Origin: an uncultured Methanosarcinaceae archaeon | GTDB taxonomy: Archaea > Halobacteriota > Methanosarcinia > Methanosarcinales > Methanosarcinaceae | DNA: 64,000 nucleotides | NCBI GenBank assembly: GCA_963733675.1 | Contig: CAVTET010000012.1 | Coordinates: 128,001-192,000 of the forward strand | Direction of reading: 5' to 3' | The notes under the pieces: model-generated | What the model saw: the letters and a program-made list of their open reading frames with translations, nothing else | Told to the model about the DNA's origin: nothing | Database searches by the model: none | Translations under genes and position numbers: made by a program | Part shown: positions 1-11,000 of the stretch, in pieces | Layout: each line of letters begins with the position of its first letter | Numbering within the stretch: the stretch's first letter is position 1

Positions 1-441
1 ATAATCGAAAGTGCAGGCCTCTGTCTGAGGTGTACACCTTATACAACGCAATCTCTTGGAATTGCAGTTATCAGCGCGATATCAGGAACAAATTCACCAC
101 TCAAAATGGCACCTTTGCTTGCTCTTGCAGATGTCGCAGTTGTTACCAAAACCGACCTTGTGTCACAGGCAGAAAAAGAAGTTTTTAGGGAAAGTATCAA
201 AAAAGTTGTCCAAGATATTGATATTGTAGAGACAAATGCAATTCAGGGAACCGGGTTAAGATACCTGATGAGACGGATTACCAACCAGCCGGAGATGGGG
301 TTAGAACCTATAGTACTCAGAGGCTCACCTCCGCTTGGCGTATGCACGATATGTATAGGTAAAAAAGAGATCGGATGGAAAAATCACTTTGGAGTCATCA
401 GGTCACTGGATATGCCAGATCCTATGTACAGAGGCGACTGA
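1..441 (+). CDS. HypB/UreG-like GTP-binding protein, 5' end outside window
   Basis: Frame open from base 1 (IIESAGLCLRC...VVTKTDL...); G3E-type ESAG and TKxD motifs; C-terminal CxxC. Confidence 0.75.
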   Translation: MIESAGLCLRCTPYTTQSLGIAVISAISGTNSPLKMAPLLALADVAVVTKTDLVSQAEKEVFRESIKKVVQDIDIVETNAIQGTGLRYLMRRITNQPEMGLEPIVLRGSPPLGVCTICIGKKEIGWKNHFGVIRSLDMPDPMYRGD

Positions 442-1100
442 TGGTTAATAAATGGAGTCCACCAGGGAAAAATTGTGGGGCTTGTGGCTCACATACATGT
501 TCTGATTTTATTGAACGTCTTGGAGAAGGATCAGCTGATCTAGACCTGTGTCCATTCTACAGCAATGAGAATATCATGGGCCAGGATAATATTGTGACCC
601 TGGGAAATTCCGAGATTCATATAAAAACTGCTACTTATTCTGGTATAGATGTTACCGGAAAAGAATATGACTTCGTCCTTCTGCCGTTACCGGGTGAACC
701 ATCAGCACGTAAATTTATAGTACCTTTTAGGGCAGATCTTGTCGAATTGTGGGGGATTAAAAAAGGGGACCTTGTAATTGGTCGTCCTGCAGGACCAGGC
801 TGTCCTCTGTATCATGCGTTAAGGATCTTGAGCGCAAACTATGTAACAGGTGTACTTGAGTGTCATACCGTAGGCCCTATAGCTGCACGAAAAGAAGATG
901 CTCATGATGTCCAAGCATATCACGTCCATGCTTTCGAAGGAGTCGTCAGTATTATAAAAAATCCTCCCGTTCTTGGAACCCGCCAGTATTTCCTGCCTAG
1001 TAACTGTATGATGGATCTTGCACATACTGCTCTTGTGAACATGATTTTCCACAAGCCCTTTGGAACTCATGTCCGGCTTGAGGATATAAGGATATTATGA
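441..1100 (+). CDS. (Fe-S)-binding protein
   Basis: TGATG overlap with upstream stop gives start MVNKWSPPGKNCGACG...C...C; N-terminal FeS-domain Cys motif. Confidence 0.7.
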   Translation: MVNKWSPPGKNCGACGSHTCSDFIERLGEGSADLDLCPFYSNENIMGQDNIVTLGNSEIHIKTATYSGIDVTGKEYDFVLLPLPGEPSARKFIVPFRADLVELWGIKKGDLVIGRPAGPGCPLYHALRILSANYVTGVLECHTVGPIAARKEDAHDVQAYHVHAFEGVVSIIKNPPVLGTRQYFLPSNCMMDLAHTALVNMIFHKPFGTHVRLEDIRIL

Positions 1101-1124
1101 AGAATATTGAAGAGATCGGTATAC

Positions 1125-2366
1125 ATGAAGAATATTGAAGAGATAAATGGAAAATCACACGTGAAGAAGCAATAATTTTAACAGCTGCCGAGCTCAAATC
1201 CATCGTACGTGATGGTCAAACGATAACTGCTGACGATGTGGATGTGGTTACTACAGGAACATTTGGCGTGATGTCCGGTACGATGGCAGTAATGATGGTA
1301 CCTGTTGTGGAAAAATGTAGTTTTGAGAAAGCGGATTTCATTTGGCTAAATGGTGTCCCTGCTCAGCCTGGCCCCTGTCCAAACGAACGTTTTGGAGTTG
1401 TGGACCTTGTCATTCACGGAACATCACATGAAGATGACCGATATGGTGGGGGACATCTTTTCAGGGATCTTGTAAAAGGAAAAGAAATCGATATCCTTGT
1501 CGAAGCACATGGCAGAACTTATGAAAATAAAGTCACGCTTGAAGATATCGATTTTGCTAGAATAATTATCACAAGACTTGCATTTAAGAATTACCATGCG
1601 CCGGTAAACCCCACCGCAACTACAATTAGCACTATATTCTCTGTGACAGGTCTGACAGGTCCTTTCACAGAAACATCCGTATCAGGATGTGGCGAAATAA
1701 ACCCTTTACAGAATGATTCATCACATAGAATAATCGGCATAGGTACAAGAGTCCTCTTAAATGGAGCTACAGGATATATTATGGGAAAAGGGACCAGATC
1801 CAGCCCAGATAAACCGAATGCCTCGGCTTTTGCAGACATGAAGGCCATGGATCCTGACATGATGGGCGGAATGAAAACTTTCCATGGTCCTGAGTGCCTA
1901 ACTTCACTTGCAGTTGCAATACCTGTTTTAGATGAAGAGATCATGGTTGGGCTAAAAATTCTTGAGTGTGATATTCCATTTCCCGCTTAGGACATAAACA
2001 GGCGTATCGCTCATACAAAAATAAACTACGCGCATATCTGGGAGGGCACCGATAAAGTTATCTGGGTCGACAAGGACAGGTGTCTGAACCATCCCGATTG
2101 TCCTGCAATGCGCATGTGTCCTACAGAAGCAATTTCAGACCGTTTCGTCATCAACAGACATCTCTGTATCAACTGTGGCACCTGTTACCCTACAATGTTC
2201 TGGAGGGGTATTCTGTGCAAGACTGGGAGCCCTAGAATTGGCTGAAGGATCTGTTCCTATTTCGCTAAGACAATCGGACAGAGCCAGGGCAGAAAAGCTC
2301 TGTATGGTTCTTAAAAATCGTATTCAGCATAAATTCATACCAACGAAGATGATGGAACCGCTGTAA
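1125..2366 (+). pseudogene. DUF39/methanogenesis marker 16-like metalloprotein with C-terminal ferredoxin, disrupted
   Basis: VDVVTTGTFG, SGCGEINPLQND, GIGTRVLLNG motifs; frameshift near 1153, in-frame TAG 1988-1990, ferredoxin Cys (CLNHPDC..CP..CINCGTC) then another frameshift near 2190. Confidence 0.75.
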
Positions 2367-4922
2367 CAGAGTCAAAATTTGTGACCATACTTGATATTGC
2401 AGCACTGGTAGTAGGTCAGCACTATAATGTTGTAGAATTCACGGATATATGGTTGATCTTTTATATTCCCTGTGTAGTTAGTTCAAGTTTTGATAATGTC
2501 TATATTGATTAAAATATTGAATTTCAAGAGAAATTATTCTTTAAGCGGGTTTATTATATATCATTTAAAGTCCATTTTAGTCCGACTTTTTTGAGGTTTT
2601 GTGTCTGATCATTTTTTTGTTTCTATGTCCAAATAGTTATTGAGGGTTTCTAGATGATTTCCAAGATAAAAAAAATATCTAAGTACTCATTTATGCGTAC
2701 TTTCCGCCATTCTGGCATTCATTCTCAGCTTTTATTTTCAGTTTTAAGCTTTTGATTAATACCTCATGTTCTGCAGACTCTCTAAAAACATTTAAATATA
2801 TTCTAAACATTATCAAAATTTTATTTTGCAATATACATGGAAGGTGTAATATAAGCTTGTACGAAGAACATACAATTCCCCAATATTTTGAAAGTTGATT
2901 GCATAGATAAGATTATTTCTGTTTGGGTGGAATATTAAAAGCAACACTGGGTCTATTTTATACAATATACTGCCGATGTTTCTATACCTTATGAATTAAA
3001 CCACATTGGTTACTAGCAAAATATGGTTAACAATCATGAAGCTTCAATGAAGTATTTTCGGCTATATATTTGGACCTCCTTTATACTTGAACCTCTGTTT
3101 TAGGCTCATAGGCTCACTCATAATATGTTTAAATCAGATTAATGCCGTTCTAAAATAAGTTCCAAAATATTTGCAAAATATTGGCTTTTGAATTCATCCA
3201 TCGATTTACGGATTTCCTACTAAACAAGGATTTTATTTTGGGACCGATGCACTAGTATTTTTTGTTTAGATAAAAAAATTTTCTTCAAAAAGTTTCTTTT
3301 ATTCAAATAACTTTGCATGAAAATATGTGGAGTAACTTTTGAGCCGTATGAGAAAACTTCCAAGCCATAACTCAGAATAGTATTAGGATGAAGTGCATCT
3401 CTTTATCCTAGCCGCAACGCTAAGCCTCATTATGAGCTGACAATGTACAATACTCATTGCTAATATTAAAGCCCACATTTTACGTCAAAAGTACTTCAAA
3501 TATCTACGTATGCTGATGTCCAATTGGCGGCGTGTATAATATCAGTAAAATCTGCTATATACAATTTAATCTTCTTTTTTGATTAAACTGCAATGTTTGC
3601 AGTGTTTTGTTTTTATTCGATCTCCACTGCAAAGATGAAAATCACAGAATTTTTGCATATGTTTTTGATAACTTTATTATTATATAGTTTAGATAACTGT
3701 ACAATTTCATGCCGATTATACGCAGATTAAATGCAAAAAAAATAATAAGAACCATATCGATAGTAAAAAATAGTCATTCTTTGGATCAATCTTACGGTTA
3801 CAGGTTATACTTTGTAGTTAACTGCATGGATTTTTGCCTGGAAACTTTTATAATAAATTAATGATTAATTCTAAATATCTCTATTGAACATTTAGGAGAT
3901 GGATAGACATTACAAACATTTTAAAAGAGCTTTAGGTGATCTTTGCGAAAATTTTCTGTTCATAGAGTTTTGCAAAAAGAGCAGAATAATTCTTTCTTAA
4001 AGGCATGAAGATTCCTTCGTCCAATTTTGTAACATGAAGTGTTTTCACTTTTGAAAGCTGGTAAAATGATAGATGCTGAGCTCCTTCAAGGTTAGCTTAT
4101 ATAAGATTAGCTACTTGAAAAATAGATCATCGAAGGTCTTTTATCTCTGAAACATCCACTTGCAATTATCGGCTTTGAACTAAAATAAAGATTACTATGC
4201 TAGGTCTGTATCTTCTGTTCTTCATGCTTTGGTTTTTAAAAGTTGATCTATTTATAGCCTGGATCTATAAAGCCTGTATGAAATAATAGCTATGTTCTTA
4301 AAATGAGAACAGTGCTCTTTCCAAGATTTCACACCTGTTTTTTTTGAATTTTTGCTCTTCGATAGATTAAATAGCAAAGTGTTGGTTGTTTTAGGCATTG
4401 GATGGCTTTTAGTAAATCAGGTGTATTTTCCTCAAATTTAGGTAAAAAATTCGATATCATAAATCCAATTATGTACAAGTATACATATAGTTTGAACAAA
4501 TCGAGTGGAAAAAATTTCCATGTTGTATAAATAATTTTAAAGTTTTGTTTTTCCGGTATTGTGCGTACTCTTACAACCAACAAAAAAACATATAACTGAC
4601 ATTAGCACTACAGCGTAATGGAAGTTCTGTAAATTCTTTTTCTTCATCACAAAAAAACAGGATTTTATCTTTCTTTACCGGTGTAAGTTTTTTGTGTTAA
4701 AACCTATGTATTTTCTCCGTTTTAGTCAAAATCATTGAACCGATAAAAACAATAGCTTAAATATATAAATTTTAAAGCTTAATATTTGTGATAGATCTAC
4801 TTACGCTTGATTTTATTCATTATGTGCATAAGTCCTAAGTTTTATCAAAACAGTGCTCACGATGTATTCAGACCTGGGAGAATACACTAGCCTGTTTATA
4901 AATTCATTTATTCTAGCTATTT

Positions 4923-5906
4923 TTATTTCATTAACGTATCGATCAAATCGTGGCCAAGGTCAGCAACGTGACCATCTAGATCTGTAAGGTTAGCAGCAGC
5001 ATACCACGAGGCATCTGCTTCTGGATGTGGTCCCGAAACGCCGATCTTTCCATTGCCGTAAGGCTGCACCATTGCGGCAACTTTACCATTCATATAAGTT
5101 GCAAGGATTGTTTGGCCTTCTATACAGCTCTTTGGTATGAAATATGGTCCATCCTGGAAATACATCCAGCGATTAGTTCCTCTCCACATAACTTGTACTA
5201 AAGTATCAGCTTTAGTTTTCACAGTAGCTCCTGGAGATTTAATATACTGATTCGTATTCAAACATAAGTTATATCCCGGATTATGATCAACCATATATCC
5301 TCCCATGCAAATGCCGAGATATCGTCCACCTTTCAAGACGAAATTTCGCACTGCAAGAGCATCTTTTTTTAATTTACTAAATGCCTGATTTACGCTTCCT
5401 TCCCCTCCGGGCTGCGCATACAGAACCACATTTGGAAGCCGTAGTCCAGCCTGAACAGACATGTTCTCATTGGGACCTACATATATTACACTGAAATTCC
5501 ATAGAGTATCACTTTTCAGCAATGCTGCAACTGCTTCAGAACATCCAGCACAACCTGCAGGTCCTCTGTACACTAATGCTATAGGGTTTGTTTCGGTTGG
5601 GTTGATCGCACTCTCTACTATTTTTTTGAAGCAGTCGGTTCTGTCAGATACTATCTCAAACTCTCTACATTTGGATTTGTCTGCAGGTACCGTGTGGCGT
5701 TTTATCAACGCTTCCTCAACATATTCATAGAAGTCGTCTCCAAGTTGTACTAAGCGATTAATGCTCAAGATATCGAAGCCTTTGCCATGTTCTAAGATGA
5801 TTGTATTGCCTCTAAATATTTCAAAAGAACCAAAAGCTACAGGGGTTAAAGCGATAATTAATGCGATTCCAAAAGCAAATAGGCGCATTACTCTCTTTAT
5901 TTTCAT
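4923..5906 (-). CDS. Secreted BPL_N / class I glutamine amidotransferase-like protein
   Basis: Signal-peptide-like N-terminus; ALVYRGPAGC, QPGG, GGRYLGICMGGY nucleophile elbow, SGPHPEA. Confidence 0.75.
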   Translation of the reverse strand: MKIKRVMRLFAFGIALIIALTPVAFGSFEIFRGNTIILEHGKGFDILSINRLVQLGDDFYEYVEEALIKRHTVPADKSKCREFEIVSDRTDCFKKIVESAINPTETNPIALVYRGPAGCAGCSEAVAALLKSDTLWNFSVIYVGPNENMSVQAGLRLPNVVLYAQPGGEGSVNQAFSKLKKDALAVRNFVLKGGRYLGICMGGYMVDHNPGYNLCLNTNQYIKSPGATVKTKADTLVQVMWRGTNRWMYFQDGPYFIPKSCIEGQTILATYMNGKVAAMVQPYGNGKIGVSGPHPEADASWYAAANLTDLDGHVADLGHDLIDTLMK

Positions 5907-6013
5907 GCTTCTACAATTCCTATGGATCCCAGGGAACCCTTTAAACTATAGTATATAATGGTCACTTAATTGTATGTGATTAGTTTCCCTAGAACCACTC
6001 TATTATGATCAAA

Positions 6014-6124
6014 CAATACGCACTTGAGTTTCAAAATCAGGTACCATTTAGATAATTGTTTTGACTTCTAATTCGGACGATTTCAGGCTTAAGCCATTGA
6101 TTTTTCAGTTAAATCGCATAAGTC
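6014..6124. repeat. MITE-like family B copy (about 110 bp)
   Basis: End ATTGATTTTTCAGTTAAATCGCATAAGTC matches 16387-16498 (inverted) and 36476-36579. Confidence 0.55.
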
Positions 6125-6539
6125 ACATTTTATATCCAAATTAGATTCATATAGAGAGGCTATTTAATGATTCAATTAATTAGCAGCAATCGATCTATGT
6201 TTTTCCAGAAATAATCGTCTATAATAACCTTCACAGTGTACATGTTGTCCTCATTCAAGATGTATCCATAAGGTCCGCAGGCGAGTAAAATTCTAAAGGG
6301 CTTGTAGAATATTCTATTAATGACTGATATAACTTTAAATTAAATAATCAGAGTATTTTTACTCTTGCTTAATAATATATCCAGAAGTATAAATAAGAAA
6401 CTAATAATAAGTAGAAATAAATTCTAACTGAAAATAAAATAAATAACACTATTTTTATATTTAATGTCCCGAAATATAATAAAATTAAGAAAACATGAAA
6501 AATGTGAATCTGTCATAAATTCACATGTAGATCCAAAAA

Positions 6540-7639
6540 ATCCTGTTGAAATCTTTCTCGCGAATTTTTGTATTTGATCCGATTTTTTCTTTTTCTATTT
6601 ATTATTCTCTGATTTTGAAGATAGCTTCCGGTATCCTTAAAACACCCCTTTTATTTCCAATATCCTTAATTGATATAGATTATAACAACAGGCTGTACAC
6701 AACATCTTTAGATTCACTCTTTAGATAATAGTGACAAGAACTTTTCCTGCTTCGAATGTCTTTTTAGTCACTGTATAAATTTGCCCCTTGAACTATTTTT
6801 TAGCTACTCCTCTTGTTTCTTAATATATTCCTTCTTTCTAAAGGACGTTCTTTTCTGCCCATTTCATTGTTGCATCATAACCTTTTGATTTTGCTATCAA
6901 GTATCCTTTGTCCCTATAGACCTCTTCATTTTTTTTAACAAATTTATATAAGGATCATGAAATGTTACAATTATTGTTTTGAATCTTCTAATCAGCTCAT
7001 ATCTCTGCCTTTTATGCTTTAGAGTTCATATTCAAAGTGTGACTTTTACTTTTTTTTGACCATGTTCCGTCTCTACTTCCCCTTGTTTTCACTCCATTTT
7101 TCTCGAAATTTATTCGCTTTTACGTGTCACGAATCTAAAGTTATGAAAAGTAGCTTTCTGAATCATTTCATTTTTTATTTTCAAACCAAAGTAATTAAGT
7201 TAGCTTTGCAACTGTCCCCATTATTTCTTCTCTGCATTATAAATAATTCTTTTTCTGAATTACCAGACTGTAGTACTGTCTGGTATATATTTCAGGAAAA
7301 CCACAAAAATTCCTACAAGAAAGTCAATCAATTCACCGCTTCCCAAGTTCAAAGCCTGAAAGACCATGTATTATTATAAAACAAGCATTTTAAACATAAC
7401 GATTACATAGGCTTTCAGGCTACTAGTGCTTTTTGTTAAAATATATGGACACAAAAATGATAAGAAAAAATTCTCAATAAATTAAGGAACCAATTTCAGC
7501 AGTTTATCTCCAATTGACTGAAAACGTTTTTAGTCTTTTTTAAGAGCAAAATCAATACGAGTTTTCATGAGTAGAAATTATTGTCAAGAGATTTAAACTC
7601 TCCAATGCTCAAATGTGTAGGAGTTTGTCGAAATTCTCC
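6540..7639 (-). mobile_element. Degenerate IS5-family element (transposase pseudogene)
   Basis: Fragmentary translations (VIVMFKMLV, FPEIYQ/DSTTVW, YELIRRFKT, VYRDKGY); putative left end GGAGAATTTCGACAAACTCC; paralog at 41170-41790. Confidence 0.75.
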
Positions 7640-7839
7640 ACATACATTTCCCATGTTTAAGTAAAGTATGGAGAAATGCTTAGGCTCGCTTTTTTCAATA
7701 ACCCAACTCAAAACTCTTTATCGGTAAAATTAAATAAGTACAGACTCTTTGAGCAGGTCCATCCATTTTAGAGACCTTTGTAAGCTTTTGTTTAGATTGA
7801 AATTTTTGTTCAGAAACATATTTATATAAATTTCATATA

Positions 7840-7915
<76 letters not shown>

Positions 7916-8086
7916 ATATTTCTGTATTAGGACTTCAAAAACATCATATTTCTTAATACGTTTATAAAGGATATCTAAATACTCTTTAAAATTAGAGGTT
8001 TGGATCCTCTCTACCTTCTAATATTATAAAAATATTTTAGATATTTAGATAAATATAAATATGTATATATCTTTATTACTGAATTA

Positions 8087-11000
8087 ATGTCACTAGAAAC
8101 AAAATTTTCTGACTTGGGGCTATTAGAAACTCAAGAAATTAAGGCTGAAATAGCTCGAGTTCCGAATATTGAACAAATTCTAGCGGCAGACGATTTCTCT
8201 AAAACAATTTCCATGTATTCTATTAACCATGGTCCAGTTGATTCGAGCCTTATCAGGGATGAATGCCTTTTTGAAATATTTGAAAGCACTTCTGATGCTT
8301 ACCCAGAAAGACCCGCTATCATTTTCCAAAATAAAGAATATAGCTACAAGGAAATTGATTTAAATGCAAATCGTCTTGCACGGTATCTCAGGGAAATGAG
8401 TATTCAAACCGGCGACAAAGTAGGTCTATTGCTAGAAAATTCAGTAGATATGTACGTCGCAATGCTTGGGATAATGAAGTCAGGAGCAGCCTATGTGCCT
8501 ATTGATATCGGGTATCCTGAAGATCGAGTAAAATATATTTTAGAAAATAGTGAGGTATCACTTACAGTTACGTGTTCATCAATTGCCGATTTTTTTGCTA
8601 TTAATGATAACATTCTTTTACTTGATCAAGAGAGTGACATAATTAATAGACATACATGTAGACGCCTTGAACGTGCTGAAACAGGCGTAACACCAAATGA
8701 CCTGAGCTACATAATCTATACTTCAGGTTCTACCGGACGTCCAAAGGGTGTTCAAATAGAACATAAAAGCGTCTGCAATCTCGTCAGAGCATCACAGAAA
8801 ATCTACCAAATCAAGCCTGAAGATAGAGTTTATCAAGGGTTTACAGTTGCTTTTGATGCTTCTATTGAGGAGATTTGGATGGCTTTTGGCCATGGAGCAG
8901 CACTAATTCCAAAGACCATGAAAATGCAAAAGGCGGGATTCGATTTTGGAAAACTGCTAATTGAGGCCAAAGTTACGATCTTGTCGTGTGTACCTACTTT
9001 TATGTCAATGATTACTGAGGATATCCCAAGTCTCAGACTGATTATTCTGGGAGGTGAAGCTTGCCCCCAGCATTTGGTAGACAAATTGAGTAAACCGACA
9101 CGTAGGCTTATCAATACCTATGGACCTACAGAAGCAACAGTAATTGCCACCTATTCAGAATTGGAGCCTAATAAAAAAGTTACCATAGGCCGACCTCTTT
9201 CTAACTACAGCGTTTATATTCTAAATGAAGACGGCTCTCTTGCACTCCACGGCGAGGCTGGTGAGCTTTTAATTGGAGGAATCGGTCTGGCCAGGGGATA
9301 TATTGGAAATTCAGACTTAAACCAGGATAAATTTATTGAAAATCCTGAGTTTAAAAGCTCCAAAGATCCTAAAAAATTCAATGAAATATACCCTCAAAGG
9401 CTCTATAGAACAGGAGACTTGGTAAGATTTGGTCAAGGTGGCGAAATTGAATTTCTTGGGAGAATAGACAGTCAAGTCAAAATAAGAGGATTCAGAGTTG
9501 AACTCTCTGAAATTGAATCTGTAATTAATTCTTCAAAAAGTGTCCTTACATCAGTTGTTTCAGTGCATGATTCGCCTGAAGGCATTCAGAAATTGGCGGC
9601 ATATATTGTACCTGAGGACAAAAAGGAATCCGTAGATTTGGCTAATATTTATACACTAATGAAAGAACGGCTGCCTAGTTATATGGTACCTCGATATATA
9701 GAATTCATTGATAAACTCCCAATGCTTCAAAGCGGCAAAATAGATCGCAAAAGCCTTCGATTACCCAACAAAATAATTATACCTCAAAAGTCAAAAAATG
9801 AAGTTAAGCCGCGAACAGAGTTGGAGGATAAAATAGCTGAAGTTTGGAAATCGGTTTTTAAAATGGAATCTATCTCGATTAAAGACCATTTTTTTAACGA
9901 CTTGGGTGGGCACTCACTTTTTGCAGCTTCGACAATTTCTGCGCTTAGAAAATACCCCGAAATGAGCTTTTTAAATTTTGCAGACATATATGAAAGTCCA
10001 ACAATTGAACTGCTTGCAGAAAAAATAAACTCATATAAATACACTCAACCAAATAATGTAGAAAAAATTAAGAAAAGTTTTTTGACCTCGTCTTCAATAT
10101 CGCATGCATTATGCGGAATTGGACAAGCCTTGTGTTTTTCTTTGAGTTCCCTTTTATTTTCGTTTTTACTTATGGGAGGTGTATATCTGTTGTTGTGGGC
10201 AGTGTTATCGGGAACCCCCAATGTTGGAAATATTGTGATTATTTCCGGTGTTTTGCTGCTTCTTGGAGTGGGATTATTTCCCTTCTTTATACTTCTGACC
10301 ATCGCCATAAAATGGATAGTTATAGGACGCTATAAACCTGGTAGGTATCCTTTGTGGGGAAGCTACTACTTACGCTGGTGGTTTGTAAGAGCATTTTCAC
10401 TTGCTCCAATCTCTTTATTTGAAGGGACTCCTCTGATGCCTTTATATCTAAGGCTAATGGGTTCGAAGGTTGGGAAGGATTGTTATATTAACACAAGCAC
10501 TATACAAACTTTTGACCTTATTAGTATTGGAGACAAAACAAGTATAGGATTTGATGCCCAGCTCTTGGGCTATACCGTAGAAGGCGGTTGTTTAGTCCTT
10601 GGTAAGGTAGATATTGGCAGCAAATGCTATGTAGGAACTCACTCAATTCTCTGTCCCGACACAAAAATGGAAAACGGATCAATGCTTTTAGATCAGTCCA
10701 CTATATCAGAAGGTATCACTATACCTTCAGGGGAAAGTTGGTCGGGCTCTCCAGCATCAATCTCAGAACCTGATGAAGATATTTTAGCCATAAAAACCTC
10801 ATCAATTGGATCATCATTAAAGAGAAAGGTTGCATTTGGAATAGCCCAGTTTACAGTAGCTAGTTACATTTTTGAGCTCATTACTCTGATAGCTTCTATA
10901 CCTGTACTAATCAACATGTATTTTTTGTATGTTAGCCAAAAAATATGGATATTGGCATTTTTACCCTTGGCAGCAACTATGTTCGTTCTCATTATGTGCA

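Noticed and set aside
2700-4600. Coding-like fragments and ORF 4329-4583
   Set aside because: Many stops and no recognisable motif; probably decayed genes that cannot be named
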